From an uncultured Candidatus Saccharibacteria bacterium (lineage in GTDB: Bacteria > Patescibacteriota > Minisyncoccia > Phycocordibacterales > Phycocordibacteraceae): a stretch of DNA of 64,000 nt. How positions within the stretch are numbered: the first letter of the stretch is position 1; each line of letters begins with the position of its first letter. Below are positions 27,483 through 36,073 of this stretch, in pieces. Location of the stretch: positions 1,108 to 65,107 of the forward strand of contig CAYJLK010000003.1 in assembly GCA_964371445.1 (NCBI GenBank). The letters are read 5' to 3'. Both the position numbers and the translations under genes were made by a program. Under the pieces are notes generated by a model. The model was not told the DNA's origin, made no database searches, and worked only from the letters and a program-made list of their open reading frames with translations.

Positions 27483-28736
27483 TTATTTCAAAACAAGAAC
27501 GAGGACGCCCTGCTTCCCTTTTCTGACGAGCGCATAACCGCCCGCGAGGTCGCCGTTATACACCTTCTGATCCGGATCGGTAATCGTCTGTCCGGAGAGG
27601 GTAATCCCCTTCCCGAGGATGAGGCGCCGCGCGTCACTCTTGCTTGAAGCGAGGCCGCCCGCGACGAGCGCCTCGGCGAGCGGAGAGCCGTCTGCGACAT
27701 CCTTCTTAGTAAGCGCGACCGACGGCGCTTCGGCGAGCGCGACCTGGAGCGCTTCGCGCGAAAGCTCGTGGAACGGTGTGTCGCCAAAAAGTGCGTCGGT
27801 CGCGGCGGCAGCCTGCGCGGTCGCGGCGGGGCCGTGGACTATCTCGGTCACGAGCCGCGCGAGCGTCTCCTGCGCTTGACGCTCGTCCGGTCTCTGTTTG
27901 TGCAGTTCGATAAGCACGCGTATCTCGGCAAGCGAGAGGAAGGTATAGACCTTCAGGTACTTCTCAATGCCGGCATCCGGCAGATTGATCCAGAACTGAT
28001 AGAAACGGAAGGGCGATGTCTTCTTCGGGTCAAGCCATAGTGCATTGCCCTCCGACTTGCCGAACTTCTTGCCGGACGTGTCGGTGACGAGCGGCATGCC
28101 GAGCGCATAGACCTGCTTTCCAGTGCGCTTGCGGATAAGGTCAACGCCCGAGAGGATGTTTGTCCACTGGTCGCTTCCGCCGATCTGGAGGTCTGCACCG
28201 TACTTCTCATTGAGCGTGAAGTAATCAAGACCTTGGAGGAGCGCATAGGTAAATTCCGTATAGGAGATGCTTTCGTCCGGAGTATCGAGGCGCTTCTTGA
28301 TGATGTCGCGCTTTATTAAATCATTGACCGTGAAGTGCTTGCCCACATCGCGGAGAAACGGGAGCAGCTTTACCTTTGTGAGCCAGTCAGCGTTGTCCAC
28401 CATTTTAAACGACGAGTGCCCGAGGATTCCTTTCAACTGCGACTTGAGCGCGCGCGTGTTCCGCGCGACCGTCTTCTCGTCGAGCATCACACGCTCCCCT
28501 TTCTCCTTCGGGTCGCCAATCATTCCCGTACCACCGCCGACGAGGAAGACGAGCTTGTGGCCGGCGTCGCCGAGCCGCTTCATAAACAGCACGACGGCGA
28601 GATTCCCGACTTGGATAGAGTCGGAGGTCGGGTCGATGCCGAGGTAGGCGGTGCGCGGCGCAGAGAGTACCTTCTCCGGTTCGGCAGAAGAGTATTCGAT
28701 AAGCCCGCGCGCTTTCAGTTCTTCGGCGAGATTCAT
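27483..28736 (-). CDS. tyrS: Tyrosyl-tRNA synthetase with C-terminal S4-like domain
   Basis: GIDPTSDSIQVGN (HIGH region) and KFGKS (KMSKS). The true start is ATG 28736 (MNLAEELK); the longer ORF to 29027 is a spurious extension. Confidence 0.9.
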   Translation of the reverse strand: MNLAEELKARGLIEYSSAEPEKVLSAPRTAYLGIDPTSDSIQVGNLAVVLFMKRLGDAGHKLVFLVGGGTGMIGDPKEKGERVMLDEKTVARNTRALKSQLKGILGHSSFKMVDNADWLTKVKLLPFLRDVGKHFTVNDLIKRDIIKKRLDTPDESISYTEFTYALLQGLDYFTLNEKYGADLQIGGSDQWTNILSGVDLIRKRTGKQVYALGMPLVTDTSGKKFGKSEGNALWLDPKKTSPFRFYQFWINLPDAGIEKYLKVYTFLSLAEIRVLIELHKQRPDERQAQETLARLVTEIVHGPAATAQAAAATDALFGDTPFHELSREALQVALAEAPSVALTKKDVADGSPLAEALVAGGLASSKSDARRLILGKGITLSGQTITDPDQKVYNGDLAGGYALVRKGKQGVLVLVLK

Positions 28737-28752
28737 GCGAAAACTATAGCAC

Positions 28753-29274
28753 TTAACGCGCCAGGAAGAAGAGGCCGACGGCGGGAGCGACGAACCACCA
28801 CCAGAAGTAGGCCTTCGGCGCGAAGAGGAGGTCGATGGCGGGCGTGAAGCGGTAGACGTCGGCGACCGGGAATACGTGATATGCAAGCGCGATAAGGAAC
28901 GCGGCGGCAAGGAACGAGAGCGCGATAAGACCGAAGATGCCGATATAAAGGAAGTCAGAGACGACCACGCGGCGCAGGATAATGAAAAAGAGGAAGGAGA
29001 GGCCCAGGTAGAGGCCCGCCTGCGCAAGAAGCGCAGTCATCGCTGGAGCGGTCGGGAGGGCGGACATATATGGGAACATCAGATAGAGCGCATAGGCGCA
29101 GTAGAACGCGAGGAGCACCGAGACGAGCTGCCCGCGCCCGATGTACCACGCGTAGAGGAAGAAGACCGCGACCATTACGAGAATGATGAAGAAGTCGCTC
29201 ATACCGTTCCAGACGGTAAACGCGTACTGCGTCGCGAGCGTGTTTACCTGAGCGATCCCGTCGGTAGCGGACAT
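28753..29274 (-). CDS. Hypothetical integral membrane protein
   Basis: Five hydrophobic helices, no motifs. Confidence 0.5.
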   Translation of the reverse strand: MSATDGIAQVNTLATQYAFTVWNGMSDFFIILVMVAVFFLYAWYIGRGQLVSVLLAFYCAYALYLMFPYMSALPTAPAMTALLAQAGLYLGLSFLFFIILRRVVVSDFLYIGIFGLIALSFLAAAFLIALAYHVFPVADVYRFTPAIDLLFAPKAYFWWWFVAPAVGLFFLAR

Positions 29275-29331
29275 GACTAAAGTATATAGTATTTAGTATA
29301 GAGTATATAAGGAATCCCCTTATACTGGAGC

Positions 29332-30423
29332 TTAAAGTCCCTCGGTTTTCAGCTCTTCAAGCGCCTTTTTCGCCTTGCCAGAGAGCTTGTGCGGGAGGGC
29401 CACTTCGAGACGGATGATGAGGTCGCCACGGCCCCCTTGTTCGGGAATGCCCTTGCCGGCGACGCGCAGAAGTTCTTCGGCGCGTTTCATCACAGGGATC
29501 TTCACTTCGAGCGTCTTCCCTTCGAGCGTCTCAATCGAGACCGTTGTGCCGAGCAGGGCGTCGGTGAGCTTGACCGGCAAGTCCATAACAAGGTTCACAC
29601 CGTCGCGACGGAACGTCGTGTGCGGCTTCACGTGCACTTTTACATACAAATCGCCCGCAGTTCCCGCCTTGATTGCCTCGCCCGCCCCGGGCATGCGAAT
29701 CATCTCGCCGTTATCGATGCCGGCGGGTATGTTGATCTTTACCTCCTCCTGCTTGCGGTGCACGCCGTGGCCTTTGCACTCCGGACACTTCTCCTTGGGA
29801 ATCTTACCGGTGCCTTCGCACGCGGCGCAGGTGCGTACGCTCGTGAACTGACCGAGAATGGAATTGCGCGTTTCGTGCACGCGTCCGCTCCCGTTACAGG
29901 TCGTGCATTTCTCCAGCTCGGTGCCCGGCTTTGCACCATTGCCCTTACAGAGGGTGCAGGTCGAGACTTTACCGATAAGTACGGTGCGTGTCGTACCAAA
30001 AACCGCGTCCTTAAACGGAACTTCCAGGTCAATGGAGATGTCGCGCCCGCGTGGCGTACGCGACTGTTGCCGGCCGCCGCCGAACACGTCGCCGAAGATA
30101 TCACTGAAATCGAAATCGACGCCGCCTTGTCCGAACCCCTGCTGGAACTGTGAGAAATCAAATCCGCCGAACGGATTCCCACCGGCGCCTCCTGACTGCC
30201 CTGGATGCCCTCCAGGGAATGCCTGGCCGTAAGTGTCGTACTCGCGGCGCTTTTTATCGTCGGAGAGCACCGAGTAGGCCTCGGTGATTTCCTTGAACTT
30301 GGACTCGTCGGTGCCGCCCTTGTCGGGGTGGTACTTATGCGCGAGCTTCCTAAACGCCTTCTTAATGTCGTCTGGGCTCGCCCGTCTGTCGACGCCCAGT
30401 ACGTTGTAATAATCCTTTGCCAT
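29332..30423 (-). CDS. dnaJ: Chaperone DnaJ
   Basis: J domain with HPD (KYHPDK), G/F region, four CxxCxGxG zinc-finger repeats. Confidence 0.95.
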   Translation of the reverse strand: MAKDYYNVLGVDRRASPDDIKKAFRKLAHKYHPDKGGTDESKFKEITEAYSVLSDDKKRREYDTYGQAFPGGHPGQSGGAGGNPFGGFDFSQFQQGFGQGGVDFDFSDIFGDVFGGGRQQSRTPRGRDISIDLEVPFKDAVFGTTRTVLIGKVSTCTLCKGNGAKPGTELEKCTTCNGSGRVHETRNSILGQFTSVRTCAACEGTGKIPKEKCPECKGHGVHRKQEEVKINIPAGIDNGEMIRMPGAGEAIKAGTAGDLYVKVHVKPHTTFRRDGVNLVMDLPVKLTDALLGTTVSIETLEGKTLEVKIPVMKRAEELLRVAGKGIPEQGGRGDLIIRLEVALPHKLSGKAKKALEELKTEGL

Positions 30424-30432
30424 GATTTTGTC

Positions 30433-30461
30433 AGTATACGCTCTACTGTTTTTCTATGCAA
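30433..30461 (-). promoter_or_regulatory. Putative sigma70-type promoter for dnaJ (TTGCAT-17-TATACT)
   Basis: Read on the minus strand; ~9 nt leader to the dnaJ ATG. Confidence 0.35.
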
Positions 30462-30491
30462 AAACAAACCGCGCTTGCGCGCGGTTTGTTT
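30462..30491 (-). terminator. Hairpin terminator/attenuator between dnaK and dnaJ
   Basis: AAACAAACCGCGC-GCAA-GCGCGGTTTGTTT perfect 13-bp stem with T-rich 3' side directly after the dnaK stop. Confidence 0.45.
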
Positions 30492-30492
30492 T

Positions 30493-32412
30493 TTACGGTT
30501 TCTCTTTGAACTCGGCGTCGGTTGCCGGAGGGGCATCGGGTGGGGGCGTCTGACCTCCCTGCTCGCCGCCCGCTGCGGGCGGCGTAGTCTGCTTCGCCAT
30601 TGCTTCGCCAATTTTCGAGAGCGCGGCCGAGAGCGTCTCGGTCGCCGACTTGATAGTGCCCGCGTCTTCGCCCGCTCGCGCGGTCTTGAGCGCATCGATC
30701 TTGTCCTGTACCTCCTTCACTACTTCTGCCCCAGCCTTCTCGCCGAAGTCCTTGATCGCCTTCTCGCCGAAGTCCTTGATCGCCTTCTCGCCCGCGTAGA
30801 CCGCCTGGTCGGCGATGTTCCGCGCCTCGACGAGCTCTTTGCGCTTCTCGTCATCAGCGGCATGCGCCTCGGCGTCTGCCTGCATCTTCGCGATGTCATC
30901 TTTAGAAAGTCCCGTGGAGCCCTCGATGCGGATCGACTGCTCCTTGCTGGTCGTCTTCTCCTTCGCCTTGACCGTGAGGATGCCGGAGGCGTCCACATCA
31001 AAGGTGACTTCCACCTGCGGCATGCCGCGTGGCGCGGGCGGGATCCCGTCGAGCATAAACTTGCCCAAGGACTTGTTGTCGGCACTCATCGCGCGCTCGC
31101 CCTGGGTAATATGAATCTCGACCGACGGCTGATTGTCGGCAGCGGTCGAGAAGGTTTGCGAGCGAGAAGTAGGGATTGCCGTGTTGCGCTCGATAATCTT
31201 GGTCGCGACGCCTCCCATCGTCTCGATCGAGAGCGAGAGCGGGATGACATCAACAAGCAATATGTCCTTCACGTCCCCTTGCAGGATGCCCGCCTGAATC
31301 GCCGCACCGATGGCGACAACTTCGTCCGGGTTCACGCTCATGTTCGGCTTCTTACCGAAGAATTTCTCTACAGCCGCTTGGAGCGCGGGCATGCGCGTCT
31401 GACCGCCGACGAGAATGACCTCGTGTATGTCGGGGATTTTGAAGGGCGATGCCTCCATCGCGCGCTTCGTAATATCCATCGCGCGTTCTATGAACTCGTT
31501 TGAAAGCTCTTCCAGCTTCGCGCGGCTCATCTTGATAAGCAGGTGGCGCGGACCGGAGGCGTCGCTGGTGAGGAACGGAATGTTGATTTCTGTCTCCATC
31601 GCGCTCGAGAGTTCTATCTTCGCCTTCTCGGCGGCCTCGTCGAGGCGCTGGCGCGCGAGCGCATCGGTGCGCACATCAATGCCGCTCTCCTTCTTAAACT
31701 CGTCCGCGAGCCAGTTGATAATTTTCTGATCGATGTCCTTGCCGCCGAGGTGCGCGTCGCCGTCGGTCGACTTCACCTCGATCACGTCGCCGCCCACTTC
31801 GAGCACGGAGATGTCAAACGTGCCGCCGCCGAAGTCAAAGACGGCGATCTTCTCATCTTTCTTTTTATTAAATCCGTATGCGAGCGCAGCAGCGGTCGGC
31901 TCGTTGATGATGCGAAGCACTTCGAGGCCGGCGATCTGCCCCGCCGCCTTGGTCGCACTGCGCTGGTCGTCGTTAAAGTAGGCGGGGACGGTGATGACCG
32001 CCTGTGTCACCTTCTCGCCGAGCTTCGTTTCGGCGTCGGCCTTCATCTTGCCGAGGATCATCGCAGAGATCTCTTCAGAGCGGTACCACTTCTCGGTCAT
32101 CTTGACCTCGATACCGCCGTTCTCCGCCTTCCGCATCTCAAAAGGGACGACCGCCTTATCCTTCTGCACCTCCGGCTCGTCAAACGTGTGGCCGATGAAG
32201 CGCTTGATCTGGAAGATGGTGTTGAGCGGGTTGGTCACCGACTGGCGCTTGGCCAAGGTGCCGACGATGCGCTCGCCATTCTTCCCCACTGCCACGATAG
32301 ACGGGGTCGTGCGCGCACCCTCGGCGTTCTCGAGAACGCGCGGTTCGCCGCCCTCCACGACAGCCATCGCGGAATTCGTGGTGCCCAAATCAATACCGAG
32401 TATTTTTGCCAT
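30493..32412 (-). CDS. dnaK: Chaperone DnaK (Hsp70)
   Basis: [14 protein letters not shown] start at ATG 32412, full Hsp70 signature set. The C-terminal tail contains an in-frame 24-nt tandem duplication (KAIKDFGE x2). Confidence 0.95.
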   Translation of the reverse strand: MAKILGIDLGTTNSAMAVVEGGEPRVLENAEGARTTPSIVAVGKNGERIVGTLAKRQSVTNPLNTIFQIKRFIGHTFDEPEVQKDKAVVPFEMRKAENGGIEVKMTEKWYRSEEISAMILGKMKADAETKLGEKVTQAVITVPAYFNDDQRSATKAAGQIAGLEVLRIINEPTAAALAYGFNKKKDEKIAVFDFGGGTFDISVLEVGGDVIEVKSTDGDAHLGGKDIDQKIINWLADEFKKESGIDVRTDALARQRLDEAAEKAKIELSSAMETEINIPFLTSDASGPRHLLIKMSRAKLEELSNEFIERAMDITKRAMEASPFKIPDIHEVILVGGQTRMPALQAAVEKFFGKKPNMSVNPDEVVAIGAAIQAGILQGDVKDILLVDVIPLSLSIETMGGVATKIIERNTAIPTSRSQTFSTAADNQPSVEIHITQGERAMSADNKSLGKFMLDGIPPAPRGMPQVEVTFDVDASGILTVKAKEKTTSKEQSIRIEGSTGLSKDDIAKMQADAEAHAADDEKRKELVEARNIADQAVYAGEKAIKDFGEKAIKDFGEKAGAEVVKEVQDKIDALKTARAGEDAGTIKSATETLSAALSKIGEAMAKQTTPPAAGGEQGGQTPPPDAPPATDAEFKEKP

Positions 32413-32425
32413 AATGATAAATGAA

Positions 32426-32962
32426 TTAAACTTTGTGTCCGACACGCACTTTTGCCGGTCGAATAACGGTGTCGCCCACTCTCCAGCCCTTCTCAAGTAT
32501 GGATGTAATCATATCATTTTCTTTTTCTGATTCAACTTTGTCTTGACCCAATGCTTCGTGATAGACCGGATTAAATGCTTCGCCCACCTTGCCCACTTCC
32601 TCAAGCCCGAGCGCCGCGAAGGCGCCTTCCAATTGCTTCGCGATGGCGAGGAATCCTTCGGGGATTTCACCATGCTCTTTCGCGCGTTCGAGCGCGTCAA
32701 ACGCCGGCAGAAGCGTCTCTACCGCCCCTACCTTACCCTTTAACTGTGCGGCCGTGCCGTCGGTTTCTATGCGCTTCAAAAGGTTCACATAATCGGCCTT
32801 CGACCTCTGCCAGCCATCAAGATATTCCTGCTTGTCCTTGCGGCAGGCGCTGAGCTCCTCGCGAACCTTCGCAATTTTCGCCTCGGCGCGCTCCTCTCCG
32901 GCCTCGTCCCCCTCCGGTTCCACGACGCTGTTCTGGTCTATGTCATCGCCTTTCCATTCCAT
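32426..32962 (-). CDS. grpE: Nucleotide exchange factor GrpE
   Basis: Coiled-coil plus C-terminal beta domain. Start set at ATG 32962 (MEWKG), preceded by a TTGACC-17-CATAGT promoter-like element; longer in-frame extensions are possible. Confidence 0.75.
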   Translation of the reverse strand: MEWKGDDIDQNSVVEPEGDEAGEERAEAKIAKVREELSACRKDKQEYLDGWQRSKADYVNLLKRIETDGTAAQLKGKVGAVETLLPAFDALERAKEHGEIPEGFLAIAKQLEGAFAALGLEEVGKVGEAFNPVYHEALGQDKVESEKENDMITSILEKGWRVGDTVIRPAKVRVGHKV

Positions 32963-33029
32963 ACGCTCACTATGCCCGAAATTTCTTACGGGGTCAATAA
33001 AACGAACGCCGCTCCGATTTTGGAGCGGC

Positions 33030-33212
33030 TCACGAGACATCGTCTTGTGGTTTTGGATTGGGTACAAACTCTGCATCCCACGTCCACCACTTGTCGTCTC
33101 TTTCGTGGAGCTCTTTACCGCAGTGGATGCAGTTTGTTGTCCCGCGAGCACCCTGCATCGCTTCGCATCGTCCCCTAATTTCGCAAATGGGGTTACCTTC
33201 TTCGTCTAACAT
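33030..33212 (-). CDS. Possible small zinc-ribbon protein (60 aa)
   Basis: CEIRGRC...CIHC four-Cys spacing. The stop abuts the hairpin GCCGCTCC-GATTTT-GGAGCGGC (33008-33029), which is followed by a T-rich tract. Confidence 0.3.
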   Translation of the reverse strand: MLDEEGNPICEIRGRCEAMQGARGTTNCIHCGKELHERDDKWWTWDAEFVPNPKPQDDVS

Positions 33213-33300
33213 GACGTTCTCCTCAAGATTGCCTGCAGAGACTCTATGTTCCTATCATGTTCAAGTCAAACCCGCCCCGCCGCCCCGAGCCGGAATCAAT

Positions 33301-33350
33301 TTAGGACATGACATGTCCTAAATGGGTTCAAGGAAGGACTGGGGGTGGTG
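33301..33350. repeat. Left copy of ~50-bp direct repeat containing 21-bp perfect palindrome TTAGGACATGACATGTCCTAA
   Basis: Matches 35579-35628 at 41 of the first 43 positions; the two copies differ at the palindrome centre (A vs T). Confidence 0.8.
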
Positions 33351-33391
33351 GAAAAATGAAATATCCTTTTCGCAAAGTCGAACCTTGCGAA

Positions 33392-33438
33392 GTCAAATAA
33401 AAAACGGCACAGAAGTTTTCGAGCTTCCTGCGCCGTTT
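33392..33438 (-). terminator. Intrinsic terminator for islet genes
   Basis: AAACGGCGCAGGAAG-loop-CTTCTGTGCCGTTT hairpin followed on the minus strand by TTTTTTATTTG. Confidence 0.45.
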
Positions 33439-33455
33439 CCGGAACTCCCGATGCA

Positions 33456-33590
33456 TCATTCCCATCCTTCGAACGAGCCCGGTTCGTTCGGTTGGACCAA
33501 CTGTTGCGGGGTCATCCCAGCATCCGGGACACCATCGTCGTTAAACCACTCCACCAACGTTCTCCACATGCGCTTGAGCAATTCCATCAT
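33456..33590 (-). CDS. Small ORF (44 aa) with canonical Shine-Dalgarno
   Basis: GGCGGAGGTA then ATGATG; the 44-aa form MELLKRMWRTLVEWFNDDGVPDAGMTPQQLVQPNEPGSFEGWE starts at the second ATG (33587), while the coordinate 33590 is the first ATG, 3 nt upstream. The terminator hairpin follows. Not in the ORF track because it is under 60 aa. Confidence 0.4.
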   Translation of the reverse strand: MMELLKRMWRTLVEWFNDDGVPDAGMTPQQLVQPNEPGSFEGWE

Positions 33591-33700
33591 TACCTCCGCC
33601 TATGTTGTGTGACTGGGAACAGTTTAAACCAAGTACAACGTAGCACCTTTCGGAATACACGATTCTTCCGTCGTTGGGATTCTCTCCAACGACGCCGCGA

Positions 33701-34018
33701 CTAGTGCATGAAGGCAATGGGAATGTTCTGGTCGCGCAGCGCTCGTGCGAGAGCGGTCCTTGTCGTCTGTATGTCCGAACAATAGATCCGCAGTTCCTGT
33801 ACCGAGCTTGATTGCCTCACCGTCAGGAGCAGGAACCCTTGCATGTCGCAGAATTTGACCTTTTGAGTCCCACCAGACGACCCAGTTCCATTCTGCAGCA
33901 GACCGAGCGAAATCCCTTTTACTTCTGCCAGTCGCGCAGCGATGTCTGCTACTTTGCCAGCCAAATCAGTGCATGTAGTGTGTGTACCTCTGAACTTCCC
34001 GCCATTACGATGCGGCAT
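33701..34018 (-). CDS. Hypothetical protein (105 aa), islet gene
   Basis: Has its own TTGACA-17-TATATA promoter and an AAGGGGG Shine-Dalgarno 4 nt upstream; no recognisable domain. Confidence 0.5.
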   Translation of the reverse strand: MPHRNGGKFRGTHTTCTDLAGKVADIAARLAEVKGISLGLLQNGTGSSGGTQKVKFCDMQGFLLLTVRQSSSVQELRIYCSDIQTTRTALARALRDQNIPIAFMH

Positions 34019-34061
34019 GATGCCCCCTTTGTTTAGATAGTTAGAATGTTCAGCTATTTCT

Positions 34062-34090
34062 TATATAACACGACACATTCATTATGTCAA
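34062..34090 (-). promoter_or_regulatory. Near-consensus sigma70 promoter TTGACA-17-TATATA for the 105-aa islet gene
   Basis: Exact -35, 17-nt spacer, TATATA -10, read on the minus strand. Confidence 0.5.
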
Positions 34091-34121
34091 ACCCTCACCG
34101 TTTTTTCAGGGTGGAAGATGG

Positions 34122-34157
34122 TGGAGTGAAAAGAAGACCGCCCTCAGGGAGGGCGGT
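34122..34157 (-). terminator. Intrinsic terminator after the 179-aa islet gene
   Basis: Perfect 9-bp stem ACCGCCCTC-AGG-GAGGGCGGT followed by CTTCTTTTCACT on the minus strand. Confidence 0.5.
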
Positions 34158-34182
34158 ACTACGAAAACTACAGAACCGACGG

Positions 34183-34722
34183 CTAGCTAACGAGACTCAG
34201 CTGTCCGCGCTTCGGGAACGGGCAGAGCAATGTCCGCCGTGGCAGGATGATTGAATCGTGTCCGTGGTGGGTATGGTTGATCCAATAATTCAGACCGAAC
34301 GAATTCACCCGAACCTGTTGGTGCTCGAGGAGCGTGATGCCCACCCAGAGTATCCCTTTGCTCACCGCGTTGCCCCAGTTCTTCTTCCCAGACCACGCGA
34401 GAACGAACTCGCTGCTGAAGGAGTCGAACTTGAACGGGTCGGCTGACTTGGGGTCCGGACATGCGGCGAACCAGCTGATATGGTCCAACGCAAAGTCACC
34501 GAGGAAATGCTTCGGATGTCGATATTCGATTACCTCACCACTCCGCTGGTGCCCGACCATTGCAATCGGTTCTGGCGTTGAAGCTGGTATATCGAACAAC
34601 GAGACCGTCCTGAGGGGCCTCTCGTACACGTAATCGTACTTGGTGCCCATGCGGATCTCGTAGAGGACGTCCAAAAGCGTTGCGACCTTCGGCATTACTT
34701 CAATGTGCTTCTTTCCAAACAT
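34183..34722 (-). CDS. Hypothetical protein (179 aa), islet gene
   Basis: AGGTGA Shine-Dalgarno 5 nt upstream of the ATG; His-rich C-terminal segment (NHTHHGHD); no recognisable family. Confidence 0.55.
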   Translation of the reverse strand: MFGKKHIEVMPKVATLLDVLYEIRMGTKYDYVYERPLRTVSLFDIPASTPEPIAMVGHQRSGEVIEYRHPKHFLGDFALDHISWFAACPDPKSADPFKFDSFSSEFVLAWSGKKNWGNAVSKGILWVGITLLEHQQVRVNSFGLNYWINHTHHGHDSIILPRRTLLCPFPKRGQLSLVS

Positions 34723-34856
34723 TTTATCACCTCGCTAGGAGAATGATTGCACTCGGAGGGCTAGCCTCACAAAGCGACGTCTCAGGATTGAGAACGTTTA
34801 ATTACACTACAATAAGTATTATCCGCCGTCCATACCTCTCCGAACCGGAAGTGATG

Positions 34857-34902
34857 GGGTAAAAAGTGAACCGCCTCCCAACGGTTCAGGTTGGTGGCGG
34901 TT
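34857..34902 (-). terminator. Intrinsic terminator after the HExxH gene
   Basis: AACCGCCTCCCAAC-loop-GTTGGTGGCGGTT stem followed by CACTTTTTACC. Confidence 0.5.
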
Positions 34903-34911
34903 TTAATCGAG

Positions 34912-35493
34912 CTAACGGAAGGTCATGTACGTGGCCGCATAGCTGACCTCGTCGAAAGTCAGGTAACCCTGAGTTCGCACTTCGCGAACACTGAGTCCCT
35001 CCATGGCATCTTTCTGCGAACTCACGTTGCGTATCGTGCGGCATCCGGTTATATAGAAATCCCGGAATCCCATCAGCATAGCGGCCAGGTCGACGGCTTC
35101 TTCTTGTTTGTGCAGCGGATGTCTGACGGAGTCGAGTAGGATGTGGCACAACTCATGCGCAATCGCACACGCCACCTCCTCAAAGCAACCTTCCGTCACG
35201 AATGACTTCCGGAGATACATCGTGATAAGGGTTTGCCTGAATTCCAGAGTTCCGAGCATGGGTATGCGTCTCGGGACGACTACCCATGCCGGCGCCCTTT
35301 CTCCGCCACCGTTGACCAACCCAAGGAGAACCCGCATGTCCAAGTGTAGGGCGCCCCTGATGTAATTGACCATCGCCGCGTAGTCCTGTCTGTTGTATTC
35401 GTGCCGCAACCGATCTTCTTCAATTGGCGGTCTGAGCGGGCCAAACGAAAGCCGCAGACTGTCGATGTAAGACTCGAGCATATTCTTTCTCAC
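34912..35493 (-). CDS. HExxH zinc-metallopeptidase-like protein (ImmA/IrrE- or SprT-like), islet gene
   Basis: AIAHELCHILLDS motif with downstream acidic residues. GTG start at 35493 with a GGGGGG Shine-Dalgarno; its own near-consensus promoter. Confidence 0.55.
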   Translation of the reverse strand: MRKNMLESYIDSLRLSFGPLRPPIEEDRLRHEYNRQDYAAMVNYIRGALHLDMRVLLGLVNGGGERAPAWVVVPRRIPMLGTLEFRQTLITMYLRKSFVTEGCFEEVACAIAHELCHILLDSVRHPLHKQEEAVDLAAMLMGFRDFYITGCRTIRNVSSQKDAMEGLSVREVRTQGYLTFDEVSYAATYMTFR

Positions 35494-35548
35494 AATATTC
35501 CCCCCGATTGTAATGTTCGAATTGAGTCTCTCGACTCGGCCAAGCTTT

Positions 35549-35577
35549 TATATATCACGCAAATACTGTTCTGTCAA
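35549..35577 (-). promoter_or_regulatory. Near-consensus sigma70 promoter TTGACA-17-TATATA for the HExxH gene; its -35 abuts the right palindrome
   Basis: The palindrome TTAGGACATGTCATGTCCTAA lies immediately upstream of the -35 on the minus strand. Confidence 0.5.
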
Positions 35578-35578
35578 C

Positions 35579-35628
35579 TTAGGACATGTCATGTCCTAAA
35601 TGGGTTCAAGGAAGGATTGTGGTGGGGC
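35579..35628. repeat. Right copy of ~50-bp direct repeat with 21-bp palindrome TTAGGACATGTCATGTCCTAA
   Basis: See 33301-33350; located just before the rpsI terminator. Confidence 0.8.
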
Positions 35629-35635
35629 AAAAACA

Positions 35636-35674
35636 AAAGAACGCCCGAGGTTATCGAGCGTTCTTTTTGTTTTA
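35636..35674. terminator. Intrinsic terminator of the rplM-rpsI operon (bidirectional hairpin)
   Basis: GAACGC-N13-GCGTTC flanked by T-rich tracts on both strands, directly after the rpsI stop. Confidence 0.55.
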
Positions 35675-36073
35675 TTAGCGTTTGCTCCACTGTGGGGCCT
35701 TGCGGGCTTTCTTGAGGCCTGGCTTCTTGCGCTCCTTGGCGCGCGGGTCGCGCTTGAGGAAGGTCGCAGCCTTCAAGACCTTGCGGGTGTTCGGCTCCGC
35801 CTTGATAATGGCGCGGCTGATCGCGTGGCGCACGGCGTCTGCCTGCGCGGCGATACCGCCGCCCGAGACGTGGGCCGTGACGGCGTAGTGCTCGGCACTC
35901 TCAGCCTTGGCGAACGCTTCTTCGGCAATGTGGGCGCGCAGGTCAGTCTTGAAATAGTCCTTCGCGGTTTTGCCGTTGACCGTGAGGCTCGACTTCGCAG
36001 CTTTCGCCATGCGGACGCTCGCGATAGCGGTCTTGCGGCGTCCGACGGCAGTGATGAAATTTTTTAATGCCAT
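35675..36073 (-). CDS. rpsI: 30S ribosomal protein S9
   Basis: C-terminal ...KKARKAPQWSKR and GGGIAAQADAVRHAISRA signature. Confidence 0.95.
   Translation of the reverse strand: MALKNFITAVGRRKTAIASVRMAKAAKSSLTVNGKTAKDYFKTDLRAHIAEEAFAKAESAEHYAVTAHVSGGGIAAQADAVRHAISRAIIKAEPNTRKVLKAATFLKRDPRAKERKKPGLKKARKAPQWSKR

Noticed and set aside
27273-27647. Plus-strand ORF overlapping the tRNA-Tyr gene.
   Set aside because: It runs through a well-folded tRNA and the antisense strand of tyrS; spurious.
28737-29027. N-terminal 97-aa extension of the tyrS ORF (Ser/Arg/Pro-rich).
   Set aside because: Low complexity; it overlaps the membrane-protein gene 28753..29274 in another frame. TyrRS homology begins at MNLAEELK (ATG 28736).
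29739-30695. 318-aa Arg/Ser-rich minus-strand ORF overlapping dnaJ and the dnaK 3' end in an alternative frame.
   Set aside because: Alternative-frame artefact of GC-rich coding DNA.
32963-33151. Longer GrpE N-terminus (ORF extends to 33151, alternative ATG at 33040).
   Set aside because: The extension would overlap the hairpin/terminator at 33008-33029 and the promoter-like TTGACC-17-CATAGT. Not excluded, but the shorter start at 32962 is more consistent.
33322-33612. Plus-strand ORFs 33322..33612 and 35600..36067, both starting MGSRKD.
   Set aside because: Both start inside the two copies of the direct repeat (ATGGGTTCAAGGAAGGA), which explains the shared N-terminus. The second overlaps rpsI antisense; neither has an RBS or motifs.
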